From assembly GCF_006345805.1 (NCBI RefSeq), contig NW_021834478.1:1-49811 (forward strand): 49,811 nt of DNA. Direction: 5' to 3'. Source of the DNA: Octopus sinensis. Taxonomy: Eukaryota. The notes beneath the pieces were generated by a model. The model worked only from the letters and a program-made list of their open reading frames with translations, was not told where the DNA came from and searched no databases. A program made the position numbers and the translations under genes. Of the stretch, positions 1 to 13,482 are shown piece after piece. The stretch's first letter is position 1, and every line of letters begins with the position of its first letter.

Positions 1-34
<34 letters not shown>

Positions 35-475
35 ATACATATATTATGCACATACATATGCATATGCATACGATACGCATCCATATTTTCTAGACATGTT
101 TAGATCTAATTCGTGTTGCGTATCTAGGGACTGTCGAGACAAAGTATTAAATATATACAATATATATATACTTATATACACATATAAATATATATGTATA
201 TATATACATACACATAGATACACATATATAATATATATATATGTGTATGTGCATATGTACACATATATAAATATATACATATATATACATTTACATACAT
301 GTATGTGTATATATGCGTATATACATATATACATATATATATGTACTATATGTACTATGTATATATATAATGTACGCGTGTGTGCTTATATATATATATA
401 TATATATATACGCATACATATATATGTATATATATATAGATATGTGTGTGTATACATACGTACATATAGGTGTAT
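1..475. repeat. Degenerate (TA)n/(CA)n/(TG)n microsatellite block
   Basis: Alternating purine-pyrimidine dinucleotides seen directly; explains the Y/I/H/T-rich ORFs here. Confidence 0.95.
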
Positions 476-947
476 AAAGGACGACTTATGACTTGAAGCT
501 AGCGCTAACTAGATTTAGTCGGTCGGTCATAGTAGTTTAGTCCTAGAACGCTTTTGGCATCTCTGTTCATTTACCAAGTCTGAGAATCTCAGACTCTCAG
601 AAACTTTCCAGTATTTCACAGAACAGTTTGTATTTGAAAAGGTTAATTCTTAGAACGACATTTTCCCCAGCTTACATTGTTGCGTGACTATTTCGAGAAA
701 GTTGCGATTTGGAATTTTATTAAAATCAAAGCAAATAAGCAAATCGCTCTGACATTTGCCATAAAAATGTTCTTTTTTCTGTGGTTTATTCTTTTTTTTT
801 TTTTTTTGTATTTGTATTTATGAAATTACGTTTGATGCCTTAAAGAATTCTAAAGAATGTGTGTTTTGCATATATGAACGTATGCGTGTTTGTTAATGGG
901 TGTGTGTGCGTAAATGTATGGTGGGTTGTATGTAGCATGGAAGAGTG

Positions 948-978
<31 letters not shown>

Positions 979-1159
979 GTTTAATATAACAATGGAAACA
1001 CCAGAAGCGAATTGGTTCGTTTGTCAAAGAGCTCTCAAATTGGTGCAAGACCATAATTTTGCAGATGGTCGGTAGTACCGTCATGGAACCAACTACTTAA
1101 CGTATGTCTTCTCCTTGTTCCTCCCCCTCTTCTTCCTTTTTTTCTTTTTTCTGTAAATC

Positions 1160-1503
1160 TACTACTACCACCACTACTACAGCTCCTGCTGCTGCTGCTT
1201 CTCTGCTACCACCACCATTATTATAACAACAACTACCACCACCACTACTACTACTACTGCTTCTTCTCTATTACCACCACCATTATAACAACAATTACCA
1301 CCACCAATACTACTCCTACTTCTACTACTACTACTATACTACTACTACTACTACTACTACTTCTAAGAAGAACAGGAACAAGAACAAGAACAAGAAGTAG
1401 AAGAAGAAGAAAAGAAGAAGAAGAAGAAGAACAACAACAACAACATGAAGAAGAAGATGATGATGATGATGATGATGAAGAAGAAGAGGAAGAAGAAGAG
1501 GAA

Positions 1504-1538
<35 letters not shown>

Positions 1539-1572
1539 AGAAGAAGAAGAAGAAGAAGAAGAAGAAGAAGGA
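1160..1572. repeat. Compound trinucleotide microsatellite (CTA/CCA/AAC/GAT/GAA)
   Basis: Seen directly; source of the poly-K/poly-M ORF. Confidence 0.95.
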
Positions 1573-1690
1573 GATTTCTATTGCTTCTTTATCTTTCTCA
1601 ACTCCTTACGATGATATTAATCATCATCGTCCAGTTTGCTTCCACTATAATGGTTAAGCAACTTCTACGTTTAGTTGTATCATTACTTAC

Positions 1691-1803
1691 AATATACGGA
1701 GCAATCAGATCCGTTGTGCTTAAGCATCCAATTGGAACATCCGATGCAGAGATCCAAACAAGAACAATGTTGAAACGTGCGTAGGAACAAACGATGGAAA
1801 CTT
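1691..1803 (-). CDS. Candidate internal coding exon (113 nt) of an unidentified minus-strand gene
   Basis: Unique sequence between microsatellites; acceptor tttacAG and donor GTAAGT. Two frames are open: EVSIVCSYARFNIVLVWISASDVPIGCLSTTDLIAPYI or SFHRLFLRTFQHCSCLDLCIGCSNWMLKHNGSDCSVY. No family recognised. Confidence 0.35.
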
Positions 1804-2399
1804 CTGTAAATTTCATAAATGCTTACATGTGTGTGTGCGTTCGTGTGTGTGCGTGCGTGTGTGTGCGTGCGTGTGTGTGTGTCTGTATGTATCTTTATAT
1901 AAGGAACTACACTTTTGCTGAGCATACACATTAATACAAGCATGCACGCCTTATTTTTGCCATACTGAAAACAATATTGCGTGAATAAGGTTGTGAAACA
2001 GCTGTAATCTTATGAAAGATGCATCCTATAATGAACATATATTCACCTCTCATACCTCTTGACTTTATGTTTTTATGTTCTCCTCACGAAAGAATTGCAT
2101 CGATGTGTTTTTCCTGAATTTTCAGTTACATAGACTTTCTACATTACACTTTGTAATTTATTGCAATGTCGACTGATAGCCGATTCCGTAAGAAGAGCTT
2201 TATTTGACAGCAGCACGTTTCTCTGATTCTACCTTTTATAATGCTCATTATACATATCCATTTATCTATATACACAAACAAACGCATGCGTACACACGCA
2301 AACACACACACACACAAATATTTTCGCTTTTCTTTTTTCTTTTTTCTTTTACGTAGAAGAGTTCGCAGGAATCCCTTGATACTTTCTCATTCTCCAAAA

Positions 2400-2650
2400 T
2401 TGGTTGCAGTAATGGATGGATTTATTACTATTCCGAAGACCTGACTCCTGATTCGTTCAAAACAATGGACTCCATTAATGAGTCACCCATTTTTACACTA
2501 CCACCTGGTCTTTGTGTATCTTTCGTGGAATACCAAATTTTGCATGCCAAGCATTCGTGGCAGATATACTGTCAAAGATTACTTCATACTTTCACTTTCA
2601 CTTTCACCAGTCTTTGAGCTCGTCCAGAAAATTCACCATAAAGGAAAATT
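2400..2650 (-). pseudogene. Possible degenerate Gypsy-type integrase fragment
   Basis: Minus-strand pieces FSGRAQ and AWHAKFGIPRKIHKDQ resemble the rve core (D-x-FS...FG-x-P-xx-IHSDQG); broken by stops and frameshifts. Confidence 0.3.
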
Positions 2651-3894
2651 CCCCGTTAGAGAAATTCCTCATATGGAGAATCATAAAGCATATTATCACA
2701 GCATCTTCTTTAGTAAAGAAAAAATGAATGATAAAAGGTTTTATAGAAACCTGAAATAGATAAGCTTTTATTCAACGTCAAACATTAGGAAACACGTGAC
2801 GAAGTCATTTAAAACGAAATTTCTTACGGCAACTTTTCCTCCGGCAAAAATGTTGACAGCTAAATTTTCTTTCACCGTCTTCGAGGCCGTTAAAATGTCA
2901 ATTCTACTCCCGTTTTCTTTTATTCATATAAAAAAAAATGAAGGCAATATCTAGATGCTGATGACAAAATGAAGGCTTGATTAAATCTTCTTAAAAAAAA
3001 ATAATCGATTCTTCGACGATAGTTCGTACAATTTCCGTCCACCAAATTTCGATCGCAGGTCTTCATGTAAGTCAATTCTTCAAGATACCGTGTAGTGACC
3101 ACAAACCCACCACCGCAAGTTTGCGAAGAAGACCTCTTAACCACAAAGAGATGTTGGCGTCTATTTTTGTAATTCTGTAGTTCAGATAGATTCCAATGAT
3201 GTTTTGTAACGAATCGTTCGATAATTGACCCGTATTAGTATATGTTAAGACGTTGAGATATTACGATATTACGATGTTCTGTAGTCCAAAACCTTTCAAT
3301 GATTAACCCGTATCATTTTGTTTTCTATTTGTTTTCTATTTGCTGTGTCACGAGACGATGATCTATCATTTTGGATATAACCTGCCTTCGGAAGATGATT
3401 AATTTGAAAACACAAAGGAACAGCATTCCGAGTTGTTGCTTAAAAGTATATGACAGATAAGTCCTTAGGTTTCAAAACGTTTTAGACAAGCACTCAAATA
3501 AGTTCGCCCTCTGATGATATGTCCTACCCCAAGTCTATACCATGATTGATATCAAAGACTATATTCCTAATATGTATATACAAAAGTTAAGAGATGTAAA
3601 TAGATACGGTGATTTTTGAGAGAAATTTCTGAATTGAATATTTGAACTCTTGTTTTGATGTACATGAAAATTATTTGATAGTAGAAGTGAAAGAGAGGAG
3701 AGAGGAAGGAAGACAGAGACAGAGAGGAATGGAGGGGAGAGATGAATGGGAGAGAGAGATGAAGGGAAAGAGAGAGAGAAAGAGAGAGTGACTGATGTAA
3801 TTAAATTTAGATGCTAGACCGCAAGCCGTGTATTTGATTGTTGACCGTAAAGTGATGTCACTGGCAGTGCATGCTCAATGTGTGGAATAAACCT

Positions 3895-4284
3895 ATACAC
3901 AAATACACACATATATATAGAGGGGGAGGAGAGAGTAATGTATGTATATATATGTGTGTGTGTGTAGATTGAAGTGTGGTTCTCGATACAAAGACTAAAT
4001 CCGGAACCAACTAGTTTCGGGTTCGGTCCCACTTCATGGCATTTTGGGTAAGTATCTGCTACAAACACACACATATATATAAAGAGGGATAGAGGAGAGA
4101 GTAATGTAGATATGTGTGTGTGTGTGTGTAGAGGGAAGTGTAGTTCTTAGCAGAAAGACTAAATCCGGAACCAACTAGTTCCGGGTTCGGTCCCACTTCG
4201 TGGTACCTTGGATAAGTATCGGCTACAAAACATATACACAAACACACATATATATAACGAGGGAGAGAGGATAGAGTAATGTAG

Positions 4285-4326
<42 letters not shown>

Positions 4327-4640
4327 TGAAGTGTAGTTCTTAACGGAAAGACTAAATCCGGAACCAACTAGTTCCGGGTTCAGTCCCATTTCGTGGCCCC
4401 TTGGGTAAGTATCTGCTACTATAACCCTGGGCAGACCAAACCCATGTGAATGGATGGGTTTGGTGGACGGAAATTGAAAGAAGCCCGTCATACATATGCG
4501 TGTGTGTGTGTGAGTGTATGCATGTATATATGTATGCATATACGTGAGTGTGTGTGTGCATGTATGTGTGTCACTGTGTCTGTGTTTGTCCGCCACCGCT
4601 TGACAACGGTGTTCGTTTGTTTGCTGTTCAGCGTAAGAGG
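3895..4640 (+). mobile_element. SINE family A, 5'-altered, with its head region tandemly triplicated
   Basis: Three copies of gactaaatccggaaccaactagttccgggttc at 3993, 4157 and 4350. The third continues into the family-A body (gagtggatttggtagacggaaa-like, cgcttgacaac) shared with 10648-11126. Confidence 0.8.
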
Positions 4641-4739
4641 CAGATAGAATATGCCCCAAACTTTAAAAACATCTTCGTGTCGATTTGTTCCCCTAAAACT
4701 TTTCATGGCGCCTTAAATGTTCTTTGGATACTTCCATGT

Positions 4740-4920
4740 TAGACAGGGTTTTAATCAAAGAAATTTTAATTCTATTATTCTGTAAAATAATATTTAATTA
4801 GTTTAAATGTACACAAATGCATAAAAATAATTTTTAATTCCATTAGACATTCTAAACTACTATTAAATTTCATTCAGTTTTAAAAAAGGTAAAATCGGAC
4901 AGAACTTATAGGATGACCTG

Positions 4921-4921
<1 letters not shown>
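4740..4921. mobile_element. Solo terminus of a Tc1/mariner-type DNA transposon
   Basis: Ends cggacagaacttataggatgacctga followed by TA repeat; reverse complement tatcaggtcatcctataag resembles mariner TIRs. No partner TIR found. Confidence 0.4.
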
Positions 4922-4992
<71 letters not shown>

Positions 4993-5254
4993 TGTGGGTG
5001 TATGTGTGTGTGTGTAGCGTCCTGGTCGCGAATACTTGCTTTATTCCTTTCTAAGAAATTTTTTAGAAAACTGCAAACGAATCAAAATAATCTGAAATTG
5101 AAGCGATCCTGGATGAAATGCAATATATTTTATTTAATATTCTTCATATATTGTACGTAATGAATACTCTACGGAAACACAGGATCTATGCATTATATTT
5201 ATTATACAACTTTCGAAGACCTCATGTGTAAACAAAAACTCTGAACAACTAAAA

Positions 5255-5637
5255 TCTTCGCTCTATATATAAACGGCAGTTTGTCTGTGTGTGTTTCTGT
5301 GTGTCTGTTAGGTTGTACCCTCACCCTGACCACGGCTTTCAACCGATTCTGATGAAACTTGACACACACATGCCCAATGTCATAATTCAAAACTAACGCA
5401 GCGAAAATTTTGAAAAGTTCCCCCAGTTCTGAAAAAAATCGATAAATTCGACATGGGGTCGAGAATCAGAAACACAAACCAGACTGTCTAGGGGGCGCAA
5501 CTCCACCTTTTTTAACTAAAAAAAAAATTTACCATCATTTTTTTCCATTTTTTTGCTATTTTTTGGCTATAACTCTCTAAAAATGCTTTATAGTTATTTC
5601 CCTTACAAACCCGAGCAACGCCGGGCGATACTGCTAG
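5255..5637 (+). mobile_element. Non-autonomous Helitron (about 383 bp)
   Basis: Starts TC after A, ends CTAG before T, no TSD; GC hairpin cccgagcaacgccggg (5610-5625) 12 nt before the end; subterminal ctatatata and ccgattctgatgaaacttg motifs. Confidence 0.8.
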
Positions 5638-5952
5638 TACTTTCTAATTACGTAGTAGCATTTTCGCTCTTAGTGTAATAACCGAAACAAAGTTTGTATG
5701 CAATTTTTGTTAATTAGCGAAACTTATCAAAAAAGCGACAGTTTTCCGATAAGCGCCATTTTATTTTATTTACTTCTACGATTTCGATGTCTGTCCAAAT
5801 AACCACAGCATGTTGTTAACATTAGGTAAATATAACAATAAACTTAATTTGATATCATTCGTTGTATGCAAATAGGCTATACGTTGTTTTTCAGCCATTC
5901 ATTTCAGACATAGCAAGAGATTATAAACCTTTGCTGTTTATCAAATTGTTTA

Positions 5953-6105
<153 letters not shown>

Positions 6106-8892
6106 GTGTCCACATTTCCACATAGTCAGCTACACGGATCACAAACTTGTGACATGTACGCTAGACTTAGGTAAGACACTTAGGCAGGGTCCCGGATACT
6201 GGAAACTAAACGCGTCTTTCCCATCGAGACGGTTTTCAGAGACCGGATTAGCACACTAGTAAAGAGGGCTTTGACGGGAGCCATCATCAACAACAAATGG
6301 TGGTTTGCCCTCAAGAGAGCAGTAAAAGCAGAAGCGATTAGGTACAGCAAAGCACTAGCCATAGATAGAAATAGAGTAGAGGGTGAGCTAGTAAGAAGCT
6401 AGAAGAGGCAATTAGAAGCGGCATCGCATCCGACTTTGGCGGCGAGGTTGGCCCTCGACCAACACTTCAACGCCAACACGAAGGATGTGCTGTCAGAGCT
6501 AGGATGCGTGCTCTAAGGAACGAAGGTGTTGGAGCCGCGAGAGAGGCCCGGGTGGCAGAGGCGCAACAGGGCAACAAAGCCACCTTTCGGTCACTGGTAG
6601 ATGAACAGGGGCGCGAATTGCTCGAGCCAAATAAAATGTGTGAGGCCTTTCAGCAACATTTTGCCCGACTGTTCGGAACGAGTGGAGGGCAAGAACGTAG
6701 GGTGGACTTCAGTGCCTACCTACATAGCCTACCACGACTCTCGACAAGAAAGGCAGGGTGCTGCGAAGGTGCCATCACGGCGGCGGAAGTGCGGGAAGCG
6801 ATGGCAGAATGCTCGAGGGACAAATCACCGGGTTTGGATGGTCTACCCTACGAGCTTTACAATTGTATGCCAGACTTGTTTGGAGACGTCTTGGCAGCGG
6901 TGTACTACAACTGGCAGCAAAACGGGAGCATTCCTGGTTTTGTGAGCCGAGGAGCCGTAACACTGCTGAAGAAAGATCTAAACAAGGGAGATGTAATAGA
7001 TAACTTTAGGCCCATCACTGCTTAATGCAGACTTGAAAACTTTGGCCAAGGTGTTAGCCAAGAGATTGGCGCTTGTCATCGAGAAACAGGTCGACAAGGC
7101 GCAAACTTGCGCCGTGCCGGGCCGGAGCATCCATGACAACCTCCACCTGATGCGCTACATCAAAGACAGGGTAGTTAAGGAATCTGGCATGGGTGGGGCG
7201 CTGATCAATTTGGATCAATCGAAAGCCTTTGATAGGGTAGACCATCGATACTTGGAGGCAGTCCTGAGAGAGCGGCTGGTTTCGGTCCCGTCTTCCGCGG
7301 CTGGATAGCTGCCTTGTACAGAGGCATCCGTTCGGTAATTCGCGTAAATGGACATCTATCGAGACCTTTCGACATTGCACGTTCGGTCCGTCAGGGATGC
7401 CCCCTCTCTGCGCTTCTATACGTATTGACTCTTGAGCCACTACTGCGGAAGCTGGCGACTCTAAGGGCATCCCGCGAGAATTGGGATGCGGGACGAGCGT
7501 GTCTGCATACGCGGACGACGTCACCGTCATAGTGTCAAGCCACGAGCACATCGAGCTGGTCGGTGAGACACTGAAAAACTACGAAGCGGTGACAGGAGCG
7601 AAAATCAACCGGGAAAAGTCAGTGGGCTTGCGACTAGGCACCTGGAGAAGCAAGCCCATGCCGTCCACCAGCGCCTCCGTCGTGGGACGCTGGACCGACG
7701 GCCCGGTTGAGTTGCTCGGGGTCTGGTTTGGTCCGGACCTCCAAGTGGAGAAGAACTGGAACGAGATAACGAGTAGGGTGGTCACTCTCGCCCGGCAATG
7801 GGCGACGAGAGGAAACTGTCCTAAAAGGTCGAGCGGAGGTGGCGAACACGTACATCGCGTCCGTCATCTACTACCGCCTGACCGTCGTACCTTGTCCCGA
7901 CCCTACCATCACCAAACTACAACGCATCCTCTTTCGCTTCTTGTGGAAAGGATGCGTCCCGATGGTCAGGCGATCCATTTGCTGTCAACACCGTTAAAAG
8001 GAGGGCTGGGCATGCCGTGGTTGATGATGCGCAGACACGCGCTGAGACTGCGACATCTCTGGCTCTATGTAGACGACGGTGAACAGGTGTGTGGTCGCCG
8101 TTTGTGAGGCACGCTTTCCCGCAGCTCGTCTCCATGACCGAACTGCAGTCGTGGATCAAAAAGAGGCCGAGGAAGGGCGAATGGCACCGCGAGTGTCGCG
8201 TTGCTCTCAAGCAACTCTGCCGTCCTGGGTCGACCTTAAGTGACTTCAACACAACCAAGCATTCTATAGGGGTTTAGTGGAGGGGAGGTACGACGACGAG
8301 CTCGGGGCGAACCTGGACGTCGACGAGGAGTACCTGACCGCCTGTTCGGGACGACTTTCGGGCCAGGGCCCATGGACAACTTCCAGAGATCCCTGGCCTG
8401 GCAGTGCTACCGAGAAGCGCTACCCGTTCGGGATAAGCTCTACAGACACGGCTCGAGAAACACGGGGCCGACCTGCCGAGATGCGGTCAGAGCGACGAAA
8501 CCGTTCTGCACGCACTCGTTCAGTGTCCAACAATTTCCGACCTGTGGGCTTATGTCGAACAACTGCTGTCACGTGTGGGACGAGTCGGTTTATCAGCTGA
8601 GTCTATCGTCAATATTGTCACGCCTCCTTCCTTCAAACGGGAAGGAAGAGCTATTTTCATCATCCTTGTGGCTATGGCGAAAGAATGTATCTGGTGGACG
8701 CGTCTGAAAGGATTGGAGACAAACACTTTCCTCTCTGGTCAATCTCTCATCAACTTCTTCAAGTACCACTTGAAAAGGAAAGTGAGAGTAGAGAGGCAAG
8801 TTTTGTCTAGCGAATGTTTTAAAAAAAGATGGGTGAATGTAGCAAGAATGGCACGTATGAATGACGAAGCCACCTTGAGCATAGTCCTATGA
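6106..8892 (+). pseudogene. Frameshifted ORF2 (APE end + reverse transcriptase + zf-RVT) of the Tx1 element
   Basis: Motifs KSPGLDGLPYELY, DNFRPI, AVPGRSIHDNL, LDQSKAFDRVDH, SVRQGCPLSALLY, SAYADDVTV, KINREKS and C(P)RCGQSDETVLHALVQCP are spread over successive frames joined by small indels. Confidence 0.92.
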
Positions 8893-9300
8893 ACCCAGAA
8901 ATCGAAAACAGAGAGTTGCTTATTTGCAAAAAAAAAAAAAAAAAAAAAAAAAAAAGAAATATAAAATGTGACTTCATTGACCGAGGTTACCGTGGTCTTT
9001 TCCGTAGGCTTTTCTTTCCACGGGTAAACCTCACCTGTCCTCCCTTTACACTTCATATTGACATTTCTGTGATAACGATCCCTATTGATCAATTTTTTTT
9101 TTCCTCTCCCCCCCTTTTTTTTTTTTTTTTTAACCCCCCCCTTTTTTTTTGTCCTCTTTCTCTCCTTTACGATCCCTTTTGATCGAAAACTCCTTTCCCT
9201 TTTTTTTTTTTTTTTTTTTTTTTTTAAACCTTCAAAAGAAAAGCTCTACCTTGTAATTTGTTCTATCTGTGTGCAGCCCTGTGTGGCTAATAAAGAAACA
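6106..9300 (+). mobile_element. 5'-truncated Tx1/L1-clade non-LTR retrotransposon
   Basis: Begins in the APE endonuclease C-terminus (YTDHKLV, GPGYWKLNAS), contains the full RT and a C-terminal zinc knuckle, then a 3' UTR ending AATAAA (9289-9294) gaaaca; flanked on both sides by (TATC)n. Confidence 0.93.
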
Positions 9301-9508
9301 TATCTACCTATTTATCTATCTATCTATCTACCTATCTATCTATCTATTGTCTGTCTTCTGTCTATCTAACTATCTATCTATCTATCTATATCTATTTATC
9401 TATCTACTATCTATCTACCTATCTACCAGTCTATCTATCTATCTACTATCTATCTATCTATCTATTTATTAATCTATCTATCTATCTATCTATCTACCTA
9501 TCTACCAG

Positions 9509-9560
<52 letters not shown>

Positions 9561-9625
9561 CCTATCTACCAGTCTATCTATCTATCTATCTATCTATTTG
9601 TCTGTCTATCTATCTATCTATCTAT
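9301..9625. repeat. (TATC)n tract, right flank of the Tx1 element
   Basis: Seen directly; includes a thrice-repeated cctatctaccag variant unit. Confidence 0.97.
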
Positions 9626-10099
9626 ATACAAATTGGTGTGCGTGTGTGTGTATCTGTGTGTGTGTTGTGGCTGTCTCTCATATCTTATTTTGAACAAATA
9701 TCTCCGACGAAAATACTTCCGTAGGAATAAATCAGTGTACGTTTAAAATAACTCTTTCTTTAAACGTTCCATGTTTTCGTTGGGGTAGGTTACAGGAACA
9801 TTTCTGAACGAATTCCCTTCAAAGTAACGACTTGTCAATTAAGAAATATCGAAGCTACGCTTGTGTGGCAAATAGAGAAAGGAAGGGAAGGAAACGAAAT
9901 TTATCGAATGAATTCATGAAAAGGCTGGTGAGACGAACAGTGCGTGAACCGAGAACAACTTCAAAAGAGATCAGAGGAGTACATTGGGAAGCTGGACATA
10001 AAGCTTTCATCTTCAACCGCAAAGAGGGCATTGTGGATATTTCAGTTCTATGGGTGCCGAGCTAGAAAAACCCACCTGCTCAGCTCCCACCACGTTAAC

Positions 10100-10307
10100 C
10101 CTGTTGTTGTTGTTGTTAAGCCACAAGACGGGTACGGATGATTAAGTGATGGTCCAGGGCTTAGGGGCGGCAGATCCCAGACCTTGGGAAAAAAACTTTG
10201 GTCGTCTTGTTGTAGTCGAGGGCTCTTCGTTGACGCCCGACACCACTGAGAGGTGGCCCTCGAAGTCGCTGGAAATGGAGATCTCCAGGTCCAAATTCTT
10301 GAACGTC
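10100..10307 (-). mobile_element. 5'-truncated non-LTR retroelement 3' end with (AAC)n tail, inside the Tc1 transposase
   Basis: 10-bp TSD ccacgttaac at 10090-10099 and 10308-10317; minus-strand tail ttaacaacaacaacaac; removing the insert restores the transposase. Confidence 0.85.
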
Positions 10308-10647
10308 CCACGTTAACGCTTGGGTGCAGTATGCAACGAGCATGTTAAACAGACCTACTCAGTTTTTGGTAGAAGGTTCGACGAGACCAAACTTCAACTT
10401 TTTGGCCGCAACAAAAATTCTACAGTTTGTGGAAATCTGGAAGGGCTTTTCCGCCCCAAATCTTTCTACTGTGAAGCATGGTACTGGAAATTTAATATTT
10501 TAATGGAGTATTTTTCAGCAACCGTCGCTAGCGACTAGTTGGTATCAAAGACTGGATTAAAAAAGAGAAATACGTCAGACTATTAGGTCTGAATCTTCGC
10601 ATGTCGGCAGAATAGTCAGGGCTTGGCAACAATTGAATATTTCTCCT

Positions 10648-10822
10648 AGGCGTAGGAGCGGCTGTGTGGTAAGTGGCTTGCTTACGAACCACATGGTTCC
10701 GGGTTCAGTCACACTGCGTGGCACCTTGGGCAAGTGTCTTCTGCTATAGCATCGGGCCGACCAAATTCTTGTGAGTGGATTTGGTAGACGAAAACTGAAA
10801 GAAGCCCGTCGTATATATATGC

Positions 10823-10873
<51 letters not shown>

Positions 10874-11126
10874 TATATATATGTATGTACGTATGTATGT
10901 ATTGTCGGTATATGTTTGTGTTCCTGTGTTTGTCCTCCCAACATCGCTTGACAACCGATGCTGGTGTGTTTACGTCCTCGTAACTTAGCGGTTCGGCAAA
11001 AGAGACCGATAGAATAAGTACTAGGCTTACAAAGAATAAGTCTCGGGGTCAATTTGCTCGACTAAAGGTGGTGCTCCAGCATGTCCACAGTAAACATGAC
11101 TGAAACAAGTAAAAGAGTAAAAGAGT
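10648..11126 (+). mobile_element. Full-length SINE family A (tRNA head, CORE-like ccttgggcaagtg, internal TA/GA tract, aaaagagt tail)
   Basis: A/B-box-like head (ggttccgggttcagtc); homologous to several other copies in the window. Confidence 0.9.
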
Positions 11127-11634
11127 ATCAGGAACCTACGTCGAATTTAGCGACTGCCTAGCTGGGCGAAAATGATATCGACATTTTGCAATATCCACCT
11201 CAATAGTCGGACTCGAATCCGATTGAAAATCTTTGGTGCCACTTCAAAGGTAAGATTTAGTAAAGATACCTCAAAAGTCTGAAAGTTTTAGAGACGATTA
11301 CATATCAGGAATAGGCAAAAATTGATAAAAATTTGTGTGTTAAGTTAGTTTCTAGTTATACAAAGAAGATTAATTATCATTATGATAACGACTTTGTAAT
11401 TAGTTACTAAACAAAATGTTATGAATAATTTAGCGCACGTGTCGTCCAATAATTTTTGAATTAGCTAATTTTGATTGTTATCTCTTGTAAAAAATAATTT
11501 AATGATTAAACGAAATTTTGTATACTCATAAAATATAAATGATATACAAAAGAGAATACAAACTGATTATTGATAAGAATATTCTTAAAAATCGATTTCA
11601 TTCTAAGCGTTAGGAATACTTATAAACACCACTA

Positions 11635-11718
11635 TATATATATATATATATATATAATACACACATTTATATGAATATAACTATACATGCACACATGTAC
11701 TCGTATGTCTATATATAT

Positions 11719-11768
<50 letters not shown>

Positions 11769-11839
11769 CATATATATGTATGTATGTGTGTATACGTACA
11801 AATATATACATATATTAAATATATATACAATATATATAT

Positions 11840-11877
<38 letters not shown>

Positions 11878-11988
11878 TATATGTGTAACTTATACATACA
11901 TATATATATATACATACATTTGATTTCGAATATGTATATATGTACACGATACTATAGAAATAGGTTATATACGGATGATTTTATTTCT

Positions 11989-12027
<39 letters not shown>

Positions 12028-12109
12028 TTCTCTCACTCTCTTCAGAATGTGTTAGAAAATAATACATATAACAGTTGGCAAAATCTCAAGGATAACAAAT
12101 AATGATATG

Positions 12110-12178
<69 letters not shown>

Positions 12179-12254
12179 TAATAATAATAATAAGGATTAG
12201 GAAAGAATAAAAAAAAATATATATATACCTATAGATACATATATATAATATATA

Positions 12255-12289
<35 letters not shown>

Positions 12290-13439
12290 TACATACATAT
12301 ATATATATGTATATATGTATATCTATTTATATGTGTGTATATATACAAAATAGTGAAAAAAAATAAATTCGAATGACAAATGATCGGAAATTTCCTACAT
12401 GGTATTCGTAAAGATTCATTAATCAGTCACAGAGAAGACTCATTTAATTAAATTTACCGTTATGTATTGAGGCTCATTTTAACTCCACCGAAAGCAAGCA
12501 AAGGGAAGGAAACGTCGAAGAATAACAACAAGGAAGAAAAGAAAAAAAGACAAAAAAAAAAGACACCGCAAAAAATAAAGAGTTAAAAAATGGTAATTCC
12601 AGTCAAAGAATATCATGGAGTTAGAATGTACTTTGTGTGTGGAACGGTATTTAGAAAGAGTAATTAGTCACCGTCAATAAGTACGGCATTTAATTAACGT
12701 TTTGTTTTTGTGTTTTTTTATTGCTGTGTTTGTTATTTTTTTTATAGATATTTTTATAGTTTGTTTTGCGATTTGTGATTGATTTTCCGATTTTCGTATT
12801 TCTCTTTTTATGATTGTGTTTGCTTCTGTGTGAATGTGCGCGCGAGTGTGTTTTGTTTGTATTTGTATGTATGTGTGTATGTGTGTGTGAATGTACATGT
12901 GTCTGTATTTGTATGTTTGTGTATATATATATATATATGTTTGTGTACATATATATATATATATATATATAATATATATATATGTATATATAAATATATG
13001 TGTGTGTGTGTGTGTGTGCGTGTGTTTGTGAATGTGTTTGTGTCTGTATTTGTATATGTGTATATGTGTATGTGTGTTTGTGAATGTATTTGTGTCTGTA
13101 TTTGTTTGTATGTAAGTATGTGTGTGTGTGTTTGTGAACGTGTTAGTGTCTGTATTTATATGTATGTAAGTATGTATGCTTCTGTGTGTATCCGTGTGTG
13201 TGCGTATGTGTTTGTATCGGTATGTATATGTATGTGTATGTGTGTTCGAGTGCAGGTGTGGGTGTGTGTTTGTTTATGCATTTCTGCCTGTATTTGCATG
13301 TGTGTGTATATGTATGTGTGCGTAAGTGTGCGTTGATGTGTGTGTTTGTGCATGTGTTTACGTGTGTGTGTGTGTGTGTGTCTGTGCATTTCAGAGTGAA
13401 GTCGTGTATATTTGTTTCTGCATTTGTACGTTTGTATGC

Positions 13440-13482
<43 letters not shown>

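Larger units (their letters stand above)
9790..11634 (+). mobile_element. Degenerate Tc1-family transposon interrupted by two later insertions
   Basis: Transposase pieces GRKRNLS...RLVRRTVREPRTTSKEI, YGCRARKTHLL, DETKLQLFG, VKHG and SDSNPIENLW (cf. SPDLNPIENLW); right TIR-like end gaatacttataaacaccacta followed by TA repeat. Confidence 0.85.

Noticed and set aside
1691-1803. LRTFQHCSCLDLCIG resembles a recalled heparanase segment (LYTFANCSGLDLIFG)
   Set aside because: The similarity is from memory, short, and does not continue into the expected W-N-x-S-N...WELGNE; no other heparanase exon was found.
1965-2006. Hammerhead-like GAAACAGCUGUA with upstream CUGAAAA
   Set aside because: The core has an uncompensated G8A, stem II is out of register and stem I is absent.
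3895-4420. CRISPR-like array
   Set aside because: Eukaryotic context; the repeats are SINE-derived and the spacers are homologous microsatellites, not unique sequences.
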